Assembly (NCBI RefSeq): GCF_006345805.1
Contig: NC_043020.1
Location: 11,842,001-11,906,000, forward strand
Direction of reading: 5' to 3'
Length of the DNA: 64,000 nucleotides
Origin: Octopus sinensis
Taxonomy: Eukaryota
Shown here: positions 1-14,249 of the stretch, piece after piece
Position numbering within the stretch: position 1 is the first letter of the stretch
Layout of the letters: every line of letters starts with the position of its first letter
The notes under the pieces: model-generated
Database searches by the model: none
What the model was told of the DNA's origin: nothing
What the model saw: the letters and a program-made list of their open reading frames with translations, nothing else
Translations under genes and position numbers: made by a program

Positions 1-384
1 TTTTGTGTTGTTACGGATGAGATGACTAAAATACTTTTGAGCGTAACGACCATCGAATAGAACTAAGAGCATTTCCTTTTCGGATTTTTCATTGTTCGCC
101 GGTCAAAGTGGACAGTAGATCTAAAGGAAGAATGATGTTACAAAGATTTCGTCATCACCCACTTTCTTCTTTTGATGATCATTTTCGGCCTCGTCAACAA
201 CATCAAACGAGAGGGAAACTTTTTTACGATCTACTGAAATAATGTGTTGTCTTTTTAATTGCATAGCGATTAATTTGTAAAAATGTAATGGTAAAAAAAA
301 AAAATAATTACGAGATGGTGGTTGAAAATTGGAGCTGAAGGAGAAAAATAAAATTCCGATCAAAAGGGACCGTGAAAAAAAAGG

Positions 385-723
385 TAGGTAGGCAGGTAGG
401 TCGGTCGGTCGGTAGGTAGGTAGGTAGGTGGATACATCCATACGTACATAATTATAAAAATAGACTGATAAACAGGCAGATAAACAGATACATAGACAAA
501 CAAGCAGGTAGATAGATAGAGAGAGAGAGAGAGAGACGAGGAGAGAGAGAGACGAGGAGAGAGAGAGAGACGAGGAGAGAGAGAGAGACGAGGAGAGAGA
601 GAAATATATAGCTAGATAGATAGACAGACAGATAGATAGATAATAGATAGATAGACAGACAGACAGACAGATAGATAGACAGACAGACAGATAAATATAT
701 AGATTGATAGATAATAGATAGAT

Positions 724-754
<31 letters not shown>

Positions 755-789
755 TATAGATAGATAGATAGATAGATAGATATATAGAT

Positions 790-838
<49 letters not shown>

Positions 839-909
839 TAGATAGACAGACAGATAAATATATAGATTGATAGATAAATAGATAGATATAGATAGACAGA
901 CAGATAGAC

Positions 910-952
<43 letters not shown>

Positions 953-1102
953 TAGATAGATAGACAGACAGATAGATAGATTAGATAGATATAGATAGAC
1001 AGACATAGATAGACAGATAGATAGATATAGATAAACAGACAGCTAGATAGATAGATTGATAGATACATAGATAGATATAGATAGATAGACAGACAGACGA
1101 AC

Positions 1103-1151
<49 letters not shown>

Positions 1152-1175
1152 TAAATAGACAGACTGACAGGCGGA

Positions 1176-1207
<32 letters not shown>

Positions 1208-1240
1208 TAGATAGATATAGATAGACAGACAGACAGATAA

Positions 1241-1285
<45 letters not shown>
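385..1285. repeat. (AGAT)n/(AGAC)n compound microsatellite
   Basis: Direct inspection. Confidence 0.95.
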
Positions 1286-1720
1286 ACATGAACACCTTCG
1301 TCATTGCTATCATAACCATCCACATTATAACTGATCTCACTCTAACATACACAGTATTCTCCCTTGTATTGCAAACTTTTATCGCTGGCTGTTGCGCAGA
1401 TGAAGTTCCCTTCTCCATGTTAAAGCTATTCATCACATACTGCTTCTGCAGGAAGATGGCTTTAAGTATTTCAACATCAATGCAATGCAACTGTTTATAA
1501 TATATGAAGATGATAAAACTATAGGTTCTCCTAGGTTCAGAAGTGGAGGAAGGAAGGGATCAGGGACTCTGAGAACCACTCAATGGTAGCAAAGAATCTA
1601 AATGCGTGTGTCTGGACATAAAGAAATGAATTAGATATAAGAAAAAACAAAATTAAGGGGAAAAATTAAGCAGTTTTATAAGATGTAGCGACACCCTGTT
1701 ACAGCGATTTCCCCCCCCCC

Positions 1721-1721
<1 letters not shown>

Positions 1722-1759
<38 letters not shown>

Positions 1760-1863
1760 TCACTACTACTACTACCACCACCACCACCACCATTACCACT
1801 ACCACCACCACCACCACCACCACTATCACTACTCCTACTACCACCACTACTACTACTACTACT

Positions 1864-1896
<33 letters not shown>

Positions 1897-2017
1897 TATC
1901 ACTACTACTACTACTACTAACTACTACTACTACTACCACCACTATCACTACACTACTACTACTACTACTACACCACCACCACCATTACCACTACCACCAC
2001 CACCACTATCACTACTC

Positions 2018-2049
<32 letters not shown>

Positions 2050-2186
2050 TATCACTCACTACTACTACCACTATCACTACTCACTACTACTACTACTACC
2101 ACACCACCACTATCACTCACTACTACTACTACCACCACTATCACTACTACTACTACTACTACTACTACTACCACTACCACCACTAT

Positions 2187-2237
<51 letters not shown>

Positions 2238-2408
2238 CACTACCATTATAACCACCACCGCCACCACTATCACTACTACTACTCCTACTACTACTACCAC
2301 CACTATCACTACTACTACCACTACTATCACTACTACTACTACTACCACCACCACTATCACTACTACTACTACCACCACCACTATTATTACTACTACTACC
2401 ACCACTAT

Positions 2409-2453
<45 letters not shown>

Positions 2454-2525
2454 CACCACCACCACCACCACCAATACAACAACTACTACTACTACCACCA
2501 CCACCACCACACCACCACCACTACT
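1722..2525. repeat. (ACT)n/(ACC)n trinucleotide tract
   Basis: Direct inspection. Confidence 0.95.
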
Positions 2526-3294
2526 GACGGATGAAGATTGCGCCCATAGTAGCCTTAAAAAAAGAAAAAGAAGTACAAGTAGTAGTAGTAGTGGCGATGG
2601 TGGTGGTAGTGGTGGTGGTGGTTTCCACTCATTGACAACAGTTTGGTGAAAATCCTTCTGGAACAGCGGACTCCATATTTGGCATCGGAGAGCACGCACG
2701 CGCTCGTTCAGGTTCGTCAGAGCCCGAATTCTGGTTTTATCGGCACACTACGCTTCTACCACCCAGACTCATTGCTTGCCACTGTTATATCTACTACAGT
2801 GGAGAAAACTTTATCCATTTTGTACTGGACTGGGATGCTCTAGTTCTCTTTCATTTTATGCATTTATAGACAATGCTGTTTTCTAAGCGTTTCGTTCTTA
2901 AATGACCAGAAATTTCATAAACCCCCCGACGTATAATATCTCATTTATATTATTATTCAACAAGTTATTCCTTGCAATCGACTGACTGTTTAATTAATTC
3001 ACTCACTGCTTACTATAGAAGCAGACAAAATTTTCGTAACGGTCTCGTTTGTTGTTACTGTAGTAGGTATAGATTTCTCTTTCAAAATTAAAAGCAGACG
3101 ACACCGACATTTTGCCTCTCCGACGTGATCTACTGTTGCCGTGGTTACCACAGCTGGTTACTTTGTAAGAGAGGCTCTTGACGCGTGCACAACTTCGTTC
3201 ACACTTTCTTCCAATTCCTCTGCATTACTGTTTCTGAATGGGGAATGTTATTATTTCTTTTTCAGAAAGGTCCGTGTTATTTTTTTTCTTTTCA

Positions 3295-3548
3295 AAGAAA
3301 GAAAGAAAGAAAGAAAGAAGGAAAGGAAGAAATAAATAAATAAATAAATAAATGAAGGAAGGAAGGAAGAAAGAAAGAAAGAAGGAAAGAAAAAAAGAAA
3401 GGAAGGAAGAAAGAAAGAAAGGAAGGAATAAGGAAGGAAGGAAGGAAGGAAAGAAAGAAGGAAGGAAAAAGAAAGAAAGAAAGAAAGAAAGAAAGAAGGA
3501 AGGAAGGAAGGAAAGAAAGAATGAAAGAGAGAAAGAAAGAAAGAAGGA

Positions 3549-3583
<35 letters not shown>

Positions 3584-4036
3584 GAAGGAAGAAAGGAAGG
3601 AAGGAAAGAAAGAAAGAAAGAAAGAAAGAAAGAGAGAAAGAGAGAAAGAAAGAAAGAAGGAAAGAAAGAAAGAAAGAAAGAAGGAAGGAAAGAAGGAAAG
3701 AAAGAAAGAAAGAAAGAAGGAAAGAAAGAAGGAAAGAAAGAAAGAAGGAAAGAAAGAAGGAAAGAGGAAAGAAAGAAGGAAAGAAGGAAGGAAGGAAAGA
3801 AAGAAGGAAAGAAAGAAGGAAAGAAAGAAAGAAGGAAAGAAAGAAAGAAGGAAGGAAAGAAGGAAAGAAAGAAAGAAAGAAGGAAAGAAAGAAGGAAAGA
3901 AGGAAAGAAAGAAAGAAGGAAAGAAGGAAGGAAGGAAAGAAAGAAGGAAAGAAAGAAAGAAAGAAGGAAAGAAAGACAGACAGACAGACAGACAGAAAGA
4001 AAGAAGGAAAGAAGGAAAGAAAGAAAGAAAGAAGGA

Positions 4037-4068
<32 letters not shown>

Positions 4069-4580
4069 AGGAAAGAAATAAAGAAGGAAAGAATGAAAGA
4101 AAGAAGGAAAGAAGGAAAGAAGGAAAGAAAGAAAGACAGAAAGAAAGAAGGAAAGAAAGAAAGAAGGAAAGAAAGAAGGAAAGAAAGAAAGAAAGAAAGA
4201 AAGAAGGAAAGAAAGAAAGAAAGAAGGAAAGAAATAAAGAAGGAAAGAAAGAAGGAAAGAAGGAAAGATAGAAAGAAAGAAAGACAGAAAGAAAGAAGGA
4301 AAGAAAGAAAGAAGGAAAGAAAGAAAGAAAGATAGAAAGAAAAGAAAGAAAGAAGGAAAGAAAGAGAGAAAGAACTAGAGAGAGAAAGAAAGAAAGAGAG
4401 AAAGAACTAGAGAGAGAAAGAAAGAAAGAGAGAAAGAGGGTAAGAAAGAAAGATAGAGAGAAAGAAAGATAGAGAGAAAGAGAGAAAGAAAGAAAGAGAG
4501 AAAAAGAGAAAGAAAGAAAGAGAGAGAGAGAAAGAAAGAGAGAAGGAGAGAGAGAAAAAAGGAAAGAAAGAAAGATAGAA
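3295..4580. repeat. (GAAA)n/(GGAA)n polypurine tract
   Basis: Direct inspection; source of the K/E/R and F/L/S pseudo-ORFs. Confidence 0.95.
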
Positions 4581-4744
4581 AAACCTCGACAATTTTGCAA
4601 AACAAGATTTAAGACTAATTTTAAGCCCAATGTGAGTTCAATCTTTCAAAAAAAATTTTTTAAATTCAGAAATGTTACAGAGCCGAGATCGAACGTGCCT
4701 TTACCCTCAATATCAGTAATAATAATAATAATAATAATTCATTC

Positions 4745-5450
4745 TACTATAGATACAAGGCCTGAAATTTGTGGAGCGGGGGATAGTCGATAACAACAAC
4801 CCCAGTACTTGACTGGTACTTAATTTATGGGCGGAATTTGAACTCAGAACGTAGCGGCAGACGAAATACTTATTTCTTTACTACCCACAAGGGGCTAAAC
4901 ACATAGGGGACAATCAAGGACAGACAAACGGATTAAGTCGATCATATCGACCCCAGTGCGTAACTGGTACTTATTTAATCGACCCCCGAAAAGTTGAAAG
5001 GCAAAGTCGACCTCGGCGGAATTTGAGCTCGGAACGTAGAGGCAGACGAAATACCTATGTCTTTGTTACCCACAAGGGGCTAAACATAGAGGGGACAAAC
5101 AAGGACAGAGAAAGGGATTAAGTCGATCATATCGACCCCAGTGCGTAACTGGTACTTATTGAATCGACCCCGAAAGGTTGAAAGGCAAAGACGACCTCGG
5201 CGGAATTTGAACTCGGAACGTAGAGGCAGACGAAATACCTATTTCTTTATTACCCACAAGGGGCTAAACATAGAGGAGACAAACAAGGACAGAGAAAGGG
5301 ATTAAGTCGATTACATCGACCCCAGTGCGTAACTGGTACTTAATTTATCGACCCCGAAAAGATCCGATGAAAGGCAAAGTCGACCTCGGCGGAATTTGAA
5401 CTCAGAACGTAACGGCAGACGAAATACAGCTACGCATTTCGGCCGGCGTT
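4745..5450 (-). mobile_element. SINE family C with internally tandem-repeated body. Other copies at about 7513-7745, 48020-48217, 51193-51530, 55403-55630
   Basis: AAGGCGGCGAGCTGGCAGAA...TTCAAATTCCGCCGAGGTCGACTTTGCC consensus; about 185-bp unit repeated. Confidence 0.85.
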
Positions 5451-6113
5451 TTAGATGAAGCGGGTAGGCCAGTGGTTTGCTGTTTCGGAAGAGCAAATTA
5501 GGCTTAATTGGGTGAAAGTATTTGATACTGAAAGACCCGAAATTCCCTAAAAGCCCTAAAATGTCATAGGTGATTCATCACAGAGCATCTGTGAGATGTA
5601 TCGCCGAAGTGAGGTAGGGGGTGTTAAAAATATGGAAAAAAGGTTAAATGTTAACTTGGTACCGCTAAAGCAATACTGAACAACTAGGGGAAAGGAATTA
5701 GATCAAAGATAGAAACGAAACAAAACAAAAACAGATTGATAAATTGTAACTTTTTTCTATGAGCAAAGATCTGGTGTTGGTGAACAGTAGATGTCTGTAA
5801 TTAGGTGACGTCTGACAGACTTGTTTATCGTGTGAAGGGGTCAAACTGTGATATGCTTCCAATCTTATCGGCAAGACTTGAATTGCTGTTATGGGAATCT
5901 GTTTAGAAACAGAACAAGCGAGCACTGATAAAACGAAAGAGTTGAAAGAGGGGAAGAGAAAGAGTGAGAAGGAGAGACAGAAAGGGAAAACTGAAGGAAT
6001 GTGAGAGAGAGGATGAGATAGAAAGAAAAGGAATGGCGTTTATGGGAAAGGGAAAGGGACAGGGCTAGATAAAATATTGCTGAACGGGAAACGAATAAAT
6101 TCTTTTTATACAA

Positions 6114-6527
6114 GGCGCAGGAGTGGCTGTGTGGTAAGTAGCATGCCTACCAACCACATGGTTCCGGGTTCAGTCCCACTGCGTGGCATCTTGGGCAAGT
6201 GTCTTCTGCTATAGCCTCGGGCCGACCAATGCCTTGTGAGTGGATTTAGCAGACGGAAACTGAAAGAAGCCTGTCGTATATGTGTATATATATGTATGTG
6301 TATGTATATGTTTGGGTGTCTGTGTTTGTCCCTCTAGCATCGCTTGACAACCGATGCTGGTGTGTTTACGTCCCCGTCACTTAGCGGTTCGGCAAAAGAG
6401 ACCGATAGAATAAGTACTGGGCTTACAAAGAATAAGTCCCGGGGTCGATTTGCTCGACTAAAGGCGGTGCTCCAGCATGGCCGCAGTCAAATGACTGAAA
6501 CAAATAAAAGAGTAAAAGAGTAAAGAG
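6114..6527 (+). mobile_element. tRNA-derived SINE family A (octopus-type). Other copies at about 8868-9364, 12165-12400, 12990-13530, 25300-25702, 30604-31004, 35034-35431, 36839-37249, 41545-41957, 43247-43712, 44111-44783
   Basis: Head GGCGCAGGAGTGGCTGTGTGGTAAG...GGTTCAGTCCCA (A/B-box-like), internal microsatellite, (GTAAAAGA)n tail, repeated more than 10 times. Confidence 0.9.
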
Positions 6528-7781
6528 TCTTTCATGTGGTCGAGTGACTGTTTCATCCACATACTGTTGGCTATAGCAGCACACATGACTTTCGTGCTGA
6601 GCTCCTTGTTGTTGTTATTGCTTCTGCTGCTGCTGTTGCTGCTGCTGCTTGTTTCTTTGTTGAGTGAAGCGGTCTTCGTCCCAGAGTGTAGTGGGAGAGA
6701 GTCCGAAACGTGGTTCTTTGCTATTCGTAAGACCCGCAGAAGAGAAAGCAGGTCAACAACCCCCGACACCGAGAGCATCGACGGATGGATGAATGTGCAT
6801 CCAGGCTCAGCGGTTGCGTAAGGAAGTCGGGGACAAGAAACAGGAAGAAAGAGTGATAGAAAGTTGGGGCGAAAGAGTACAACAGGGGTCGTCCCCCCCC
6901 CCTGCCAGAGCCTCGTGGAGCTTTAGGTGTTTTCGCTCAATAAACACACACAACGCCCGGCCTGGGAATCGAAACCGCGATCCTCCGACCGCGAGTCCGC
7001 TACCCTAACCACTGGTCCATTGCGCCTCCACTTGCTACTGCTGCTGTTGTTACAGTTTTTCAAAATCAAAAGCAGACGACACAGTATTCAATTACATATT
7101 TCGATGTTCTATGTTCAAATCCCAAAGAAACTATCGTTGATTCCACAGGCTAAATAAGAAAATTTCTATGATGGACTCGACTATAATGGTCTTTCCTTCT
7201 CAGAGAGCCTGAAAAGATCATAGACACTACGTTTCCCCCCCAGACTCAACAAGTAAATCTACAATCAATAAGTCTTTCTACTATAGGCATACGGCTTGAA
7301 ATTTTTGGGGAGGGGGCTAGTCGATTGCATCGATCCTAGTACTTGACTGGTTCTTATTTATTTTATCGAACCTGAAAGGATGAAAAGCAAAATCGGCTTC
7401 GGCGCAGAATTTAAACTCAAAATATTAAGACGGTCGAAATGTTGCCGGCCATTTTGTCCAGCGTGCTAACGCGTCAGCCAGCTCGCTACCTTAAAAATAT
7501 AATCAATAAGGAAGGCGGCGAGCTAGCAGAATCGTTAGCACGCCGGCCGAAATGCTTAGCAGTATTTCGTCTGCCGCTACGTTCTGAGTTCAAATTCCGC
7601 CGTGGTCGACTTTGCCTTTCATCCTTTCGGAGTCGATTAGATAAGTACCAGTTACTCACTGGGGTCGATATAATCGACTTAATCCGTTTGTCTGTCCTTG
7701 TTTGTCCCATCTGTGTGTAGCCCCTTGTGGGTTGTAAAGAAATTTATATAATTAATAATAAGATCAATGATTATGAACGTA

Positions 7782-8790
7782 TGTGCCGCATGGCACTGGT
7801 GCTCCGCAGCACATTGGTTGACAGCAGCGCACGCATACTACGCGGTACATTGGGTACATCGCAACGCTCGCATGCCCCGCGGCACATTGCTACACCGCAG
7901 TGCACGCATGCTCTGCGGCACATTGGTACACCGTAGCGCACGCATGCTCCACAGCACACTGATACACCGCAGCGCACGCATGTTACGCGGCACATTGGTT
8001 CACCGCAGTTCACGCATGCTCTGTGGCACGTTGGTACACCGCGGTTCACGCATGCTACGCATCGCAGTGGTACACCGATGCGCACGAATGCTCCGTGGTA
8101 CATTGGTACACTGTAACACATGCATGTCCGCGATACATTGGAGCACCACAGTGCACGCATGATCCGCGGCACATTGGTACACTGCATCATAATGGTATGC
8201 CGTAGTGCATGTATGCTCCACGGCATAGCGGTACATCACATCACAGTGGTACACCGTTGCGCACGAATGCCCCACGGTACATTGGTACACTGTAACACAT
8301 GCATGTTCGCGATAAATTGGTGCACCACAGCGTACGCATGATTCGCGGCACATTGGTACACTGCATTACAATGGTACACCGCAGTGCACGTATGCTCCAC
8401 GGCACAGCGGTACATCGCATCACAGTGGTACACCGCTACGCACGAATGCTCTGCGTTACATTGGTGCACTGTAACACACGTATATCCGCGGTACATTGGT
8501 ACATTGTAACATATGCATATCCGCGGTACATTGGTACACTGCAACACATGCATGTCCGCGATACATTGGTACACAGTAACACATGCATATCCACGGCACA
8601 TTAGAGCACCATAGCGCACGCATGATCCGCGGTACATTGGTACACTACATCACAACGCTACACCGTAGTGCACGAATGCTCCACGGCACAGTGGTAAACC
8701 GCAGTGCACGAAAGCTTCGTAGCACCATATTACAGTGTAGTGCACTGGTGCTCTACAGCACATTTGTACGTCTGAGTGCACCCTAGCTCC
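7782..8790. repeat. GC-rich 36-bp minisatellite
   Basis: Unit about CGGCACATTGGTACACCGCAGTGCACGCATGCTCCG; it produces the 12-aa-periodic spurious ORFs. Confidence 0.85.
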
Positions 8791-9066
8791 ACTGCACAAA
8801 GGTGCTTCGAAGTGTAAAAATTGCTGGTCTTGCATTCGAATCAATTTACGAGGGTTTGTTCCCTCGGGGAGTGACTGTGTGGTAAGTAGCTTGCTTACCA
8901 ACCACATGGTTCCGGGTTCAGTCCCACTGCGTGGCACCATGGGCAAGTGTCTTCTATTATAGCCTCGGGCCGACCAAAGCCTTGTGAGTGGATTTGGTTG
9001 ACGGAAACTGAAAGAAGCCTGTCGTATATATGTTTTTATGTATGTATATATATATATATATATATA

Positions 9067-9135
<69 letters not shown>

Positions 9136-10099
9136 TGTGTGTGCGTGTATGTTTGTGTGTCTGTGTTTGTCCCCCTAGCATTGCTTGACAACCGATGCTG
9201 GTGCGTTTACGTCCCCCTCAACTAGCGGTTCGGCAAAAGAGACCGATAGAATAAGTGCTGGGCTTACAAAAGAATAAGTCCCGGGGTCGAGTTGCTCGAC
9301 TAAAGGCGGTGCTCCAGCATGGCCGCAGTCAAATGACTGAAACAAGTAAAAGAGTAAAATGAGTAATAGCAAAACACAAAAGACGTCTGTATTAAGTCTT
9401 GACTGAAGATCATAAAACTGAAACGTAAGGCTAGTGTTGTACTGTAAACATTGGCAGTTTTATTGCTTATTTGTGTGTGCGTATGGGTGCGTGTGTGTGT
9501 GTGTGTGTGTGTATGTGTGATTGTGTGGTGTGTATGTGTGTGTATGCATGTATGTGCGCGCGCGTGTGTGTGTGTGTGTGTGTGTGCTTGTATAGGGGTG
9601 TGTACATTTGTGTTTGAGCCTGTGTATGTGTGCAGATGTGTGTGTGTGTGTGTTTGCATGTGTTAGTGTGTATATGTGTGAGTGTGTGAGTGTACGTAAG
9701 TGAGTTTGAATGAGTATGTGTATGTGTGTGTGTGTGTGCATGTGTGCATGTGTGTGTATATGTGATTGTGTGGTGTGTGTGTGTGTATGCATGTGTGTGT
9801 ATATGTGATTGTGTGGTGTGTATGTGTGTGTATGCATGTATGCATGTGTGCCTCTGTATGTGTGTCAGTGAGTGTATGTGTACATAAGTGTGTGAGCGTG
9901 TGTGTGCGTGTTTGTATAGGGGTGTGTACATATGTGTGTGTGTGTGCGTGCGTGTCTGTGTAAATTGTATGTAGTTAATAAGTATGTGTCTAGTGAATAT
10001 ACGTACATCTGTGTACGTGTGTGTGTGAGAGAGAGAGGGAGAGAAAGGGAGTGAGAGAAGGAGAGAGAGAGAGAGATAGAGAAAGAGAAAGAGAGAGAG

Positions 10100-10165
<66 letters not shown>

Positions 10166-10380
10166 TATTTGAATTTCCTTTATGAACTGTTTGCATAATA
10201 ATAGCATCATAAGTTTGTATAGCGTCACGAGCATTTCTCAAGTGTTCTCGGAAAAAACGTAATTTTACGCCGAATTATAGACAAAGCAAAAGCACCACAT
10301 TCACCCGATTTGTAAAAATTCCACCAAAACCCTCACTTGATGACCAGACCTCACACAAATCGCCATCTACAGCAAAGAAG

Positions 10381-10984
10381 GGATCTTTTCGGTTTGAACG
10401 GCAGTTTTTAACATAATTTCTAGGTAACTAAAAAATTTTAGACTTCGTATACTGATAGAATGTGTTTATAAAACATCTTTTTCTCTTGGCTTTATTGAGA
10501 AAATTCTATAGTTTCTAAGATATTTGTTGTTTTTTTTCTTCAATTTCTGCAATTTCAACCAATCAATGACGTCTATTGAGTTAAAAAGCATTCTGTGCCG
10601 TATGAATATGTCCCTCGTTTAAGAAACAGATTGGGTTTATTTACATTTGTGAAGAAAAAAAGATACCCTAACCCTAATCCTAACCCTAACCCTAAAACAG
10701 ATATTTGTTGTTGTCTTTTTTCTTCAATTTCTGCAATTTCAACCAATCAATGACGTCCATTGAGGTAAAAAAAAACATTCTGTGCCGTATGAATATGTTC
10801 CTCGTTTAAGAAACAGATTGGGTTTATTTACATTTGTGAAGAAAAAAAGATACCCTAACCCTAATCCTAACCCTAACCCTAAAACAGATTGAAATGCAAT
10901 AGATCGATACTAGGGTCATAATTATGGGTGACAATTTCGTATGACACCACTTAGAAAGACTGTCGTTCAAACTGAAAGGATGCC
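10381..10984. mobile_element. Non-autonomous DNA transposon, GG-initial TIRs, 8-bp TSD (CAAAGAAG), with an internal tandem duplication
   Basis: TIR GGATCTTTTCGGTTTGAACGGCAG. TSD at 10373-10380 and 10985-10992. Confidence 0.85.
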
Positions 10985-11163
10985 CAAAGAAGAGAACACA
11001 GTGCAGAATGAAGATAAATCCCTTAAAAATAAAAACGAGACTGTCACAGCCGGAGCAACGTTGATCTGACGTGAACCAATGCCTAATGCTTATTCTGCTT
11101 GATAAAATATCGTAAATGTTTACAATTGGGCAAAGAATAAAGAACGCATTCTTTTATAGTCTT

Positions 11164-12068
11164 ACTAGCAGTATCGCCCGGCGTTGCTCGGGTTTGTAAG
11201 GGAAATAACTATAAAGCATTTTTAGAGAGTTATAGCCAAAAAACAGCAAAAAATGCATTAAAAATGGAAAAAAAATTATGGTAATTTTTTTAAAAAATCG
11301 TTGACTCATCGTAGACATTTTTAGAGAGTTACTTCCCTTTATTTAAAAAATATGCTTTAAAATGGAAAAAAAATTATGGTAAATTATTTTTAAAATCGTA
11401 GACTCATCGTAGACGCGCGCTAATACCCAGAAGGGCTCGATATGAATAACGACTATAAGATACCCGCTTTTGGTTAAACTGCACCGCAAAATGTGGGAGT
11501 AGTTAGGAATCTAAATCGTAGGAGACAGACACTCACACAACTTCACTTTTATATATAAAGACTAGCAGTATCGCCCGACGTTGCTCGGGTTTGTAAGGGA
11601 AATAACTATATAAGCATTTTTAGAGAGTTACTTCCCTTATAAATTCGGGCTTTCTTAGCCATTTTTATTTTGGTGTCTTCAAGCCATGAAGTCGTTGTTC
11701 TAAAAGAACACTGGTTTCCTTCATAACGCATTACGACGTTGATTTCTTTACACTCCCTTCCCCACAGCTTCACGAGGGAGGGAAGGGGGAGAAGCAAACA
11801 GGTGCAGCTGTGAGCGTGGACGCCAACTCCGCCGCCATCGACACACGATGCATTTTATGCATTAAAAATGGAATAAAAAATGATGTTAATTATTTTTAAA
11901 ATCGTAGACTCATCGTTGACGCGCGCTAATAGCCAGACGGGCTCGATATGAATCACGACTATAAGATACCCGAATTTGGTTAAACTGCACCGCAAAATGT
12001 GGGAGGAGTTAGGAATCTAAATCGAAGGGGACAGACACTCACACAACTAGAGTTTTATATATATAGAT
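11164..12068 (+). mobile_element. Two head-to-tail Helentron-associated (HINE/Lep1-like) elements
   Basis: Start ACTAGCAGTATCGCCCGGCGTTGCTCGGG (subterminal hairpin), end ...TTTTATATATA(A/G)AGAT. Junction at 11560/11561. Confidence 0.7.
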
Positions 12069-12602
12069 GTCTGCGTTTTTGTGCCTTAAGATTTTATAGC
12101 CTCGTTTTTGACACGGCCGGTCATAAAATCACATACGTCACGCATACGTATATTCTTTCTTTTTCTTTCTTTTGCTTGTTTCAGTCATTTGACTGCGGCC
12201 ATGCTGGAGCACCGCCTTTAGTCGAGCAAATCGACCCCGGGACTTATTCTTTTGTAAGCCCAGTACTTATTCTATCGGTGTCTTTTTGCCGAACCGCTAA
12301 GTGACGGGGACGTAAACACACCAGCATCGGTTGTCAAGCAATGCTAGGGGGACAAACACACACACAAACACACACACATACATACATACAGATATATATA
12401 TATATATATGGAATCGCATGAAACGATCGTACTGCATTACCTCTGGATATCCTTGTTGCTTATTTTGATACACACACACACACACACACACACATTTACG
12501 TACAAACATAACCATAGGTACATAAATATTTCATGGGTTGACAAGGGAGGATTACTGTAGTAGTTCGTATTTTTCTTTTTATAAAATTATAATAATTATA
12601 CA

Positions 12603-12675
<73 letters not shown>

Positions 12676-13064
12676 ACACACCCATATAAATAAATATGCG
12701 ATATGTTTTCTATTGATGGCTTGAGATAAAGGTCCACAGTAAGTGGGTCAGAGTTTATATTAATATCTGTGATATTAGTTGGATCCACAACCTCTAACTC
12801 TCTTGGAATTATATACATACACACACACATACACGCATGCACACACACACACACGCATGCACACACACACACATTATATTATGTCTATTTGTTTATTTTT
12901 TAAAATCCATTATAACAATATACATACATGTCTAATATATTATGCTTTACATATATAATATATAAAAATCCCCAAATACCAGTAATTAGTCTTCTACTAT
13001 AGCCTCGGACCGACTACAGCCTTGTGAGTGGATTTGGTAGACGGAAACTGAAAGAAGCCCGTCG

Positions 13065-13131
<67 letters not shown>

Positions 13132-13306
13132 GTATATATGTGGCGATCCTTCGGTATAAGTACACACGTGACTTTGTTTACATTTCTGAAGATAACAGAA
13201 ACCCTTTTCTCCCACCCCTAACCTTAACCCTAACCCCTCCCATATATAAAAAAAAACACTTTCTTGAAATGTATCCGGTACTTCCCGTACTTATACCGAA
13301 GTTACG

Positions 13307-13390
<84 letters not shown>

Positions 13391-13820
13391 CGTGTGTGTG
13401 TGTGTGTGTGGTGTGTTTCTATGTTTGTCCCTCCCTCCCTACCGTCGCTTGACAATCGATACTGGTGTGTTTACGTTCCCGTCAATTAGCGGTTCGGCAA
13501 AGGGGCCAAATGACTGAAACAAGTAAAAGAATAAAAGAATATATGTGTTTGTATACACACACATGCACATATACACATACACACACATATGTATATATGT
13601 GTATAAATTAAGATGGCTTATTCACAGGGTCCAACCAAAAGGTAAAAGCATAGACGTCACTAAGGTGACTACGGGTGTTAGTGCCTACCAGCAATGCTAG
13701 AAATAAGAGTTAGAATAACACTTAGCCACGCAGAAGTACATCTATATACATTCATACTCACATACATGCTTACACGTGCATATACTGAGAACAAGAATAA
13801 TCAAATTCTTTTCTGCTTAC

Positions 13821-14249
13821 CGAATCCGAAACCCACAATAAATCGTCCACATAGAAGCATGTATTGTTGACTGCACTCCCGGAAATAATAGATCCAATAA
13901 TATACGAAACACTGCTCGCCATAATTGTTTTTCTTCGGCCAAATTTGTCGCTGATTTTGGTGGCAATAATGGAAATAATGACAGCCACAGGTAAAGGTCC
14001 AGCCATAATTAACTGTTGCCAAGCGGTTGAAAGATGCATGGCATCTTTAACGAGAAGTACAGCCCCTGAAGATGCCCCCAAATCATATCCGACACACAAA
14101 ACCGACGACTGGGCTAGTGCTGAAAGAAGATAGATTATGAAGGAGGTCTTTCCCTCTGGTACTAATAATTCAACATTGGGATTAACTTGAACTTCAGGCG
14201 ATCTGTTTTCGGGATTTATTTTTCTGTCTTTGTTTGGATTTTCAGCCAT
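13821..14249 (-). CDS. SLC2A13-like: Variable first coding exon A of a sugar-porter/HMIT-like MFS transporter (N-tail + TM1-TM4); carries a 1-bp deletion near its 3' end
   Basis: ATG at 14249 (MAENPNK...GYDLGASSGAVLLVKDAMHLSTAWQQLI...DKFGRRKTI...). GTAAG donor at 13820-13816 after ...GFGF-G. Length is 429 versus 430 for paralog H: AACAATAC instead of AACCAATAC shifts the frame at AVN|Q. This is either a true lesion or a sequencing indel. Confidence 0.8.

Noticed and set aside
130-3240. Short coding-looking minus-strand segments (about 130-260, 2640-2725, 3165-3235)
   Set aside because: No recognisable homology or consistent splice chain; none resembles sugar-porter TM5-TM12.
121-4630. Long ORFs (400, 459, 327 aa and others) of SIYL, V/S, KER or FLS repeats
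   Set aside because: Translations of microsatellites that lack stop codons; no coding complexity.
5826-5900. Possible minus-strand exon (acceptor ...TTCTAAACAG, DSHNSNSSLADKIGSISQFDPFTR*), phase-compatible with the variable donors
   Set aside because: No transporter similarity and it ends in a stop after about 24 codons; cannot be supported without transcripts.
7767-8786. Overlapping Cys/His/Arg-rich ORFs with 12-aa periodicity
   Set aside because: By-products of the 36-bp minisatellite, open on both strands. Also not a CRISPR array: no unique spacers, eukaryotic context.
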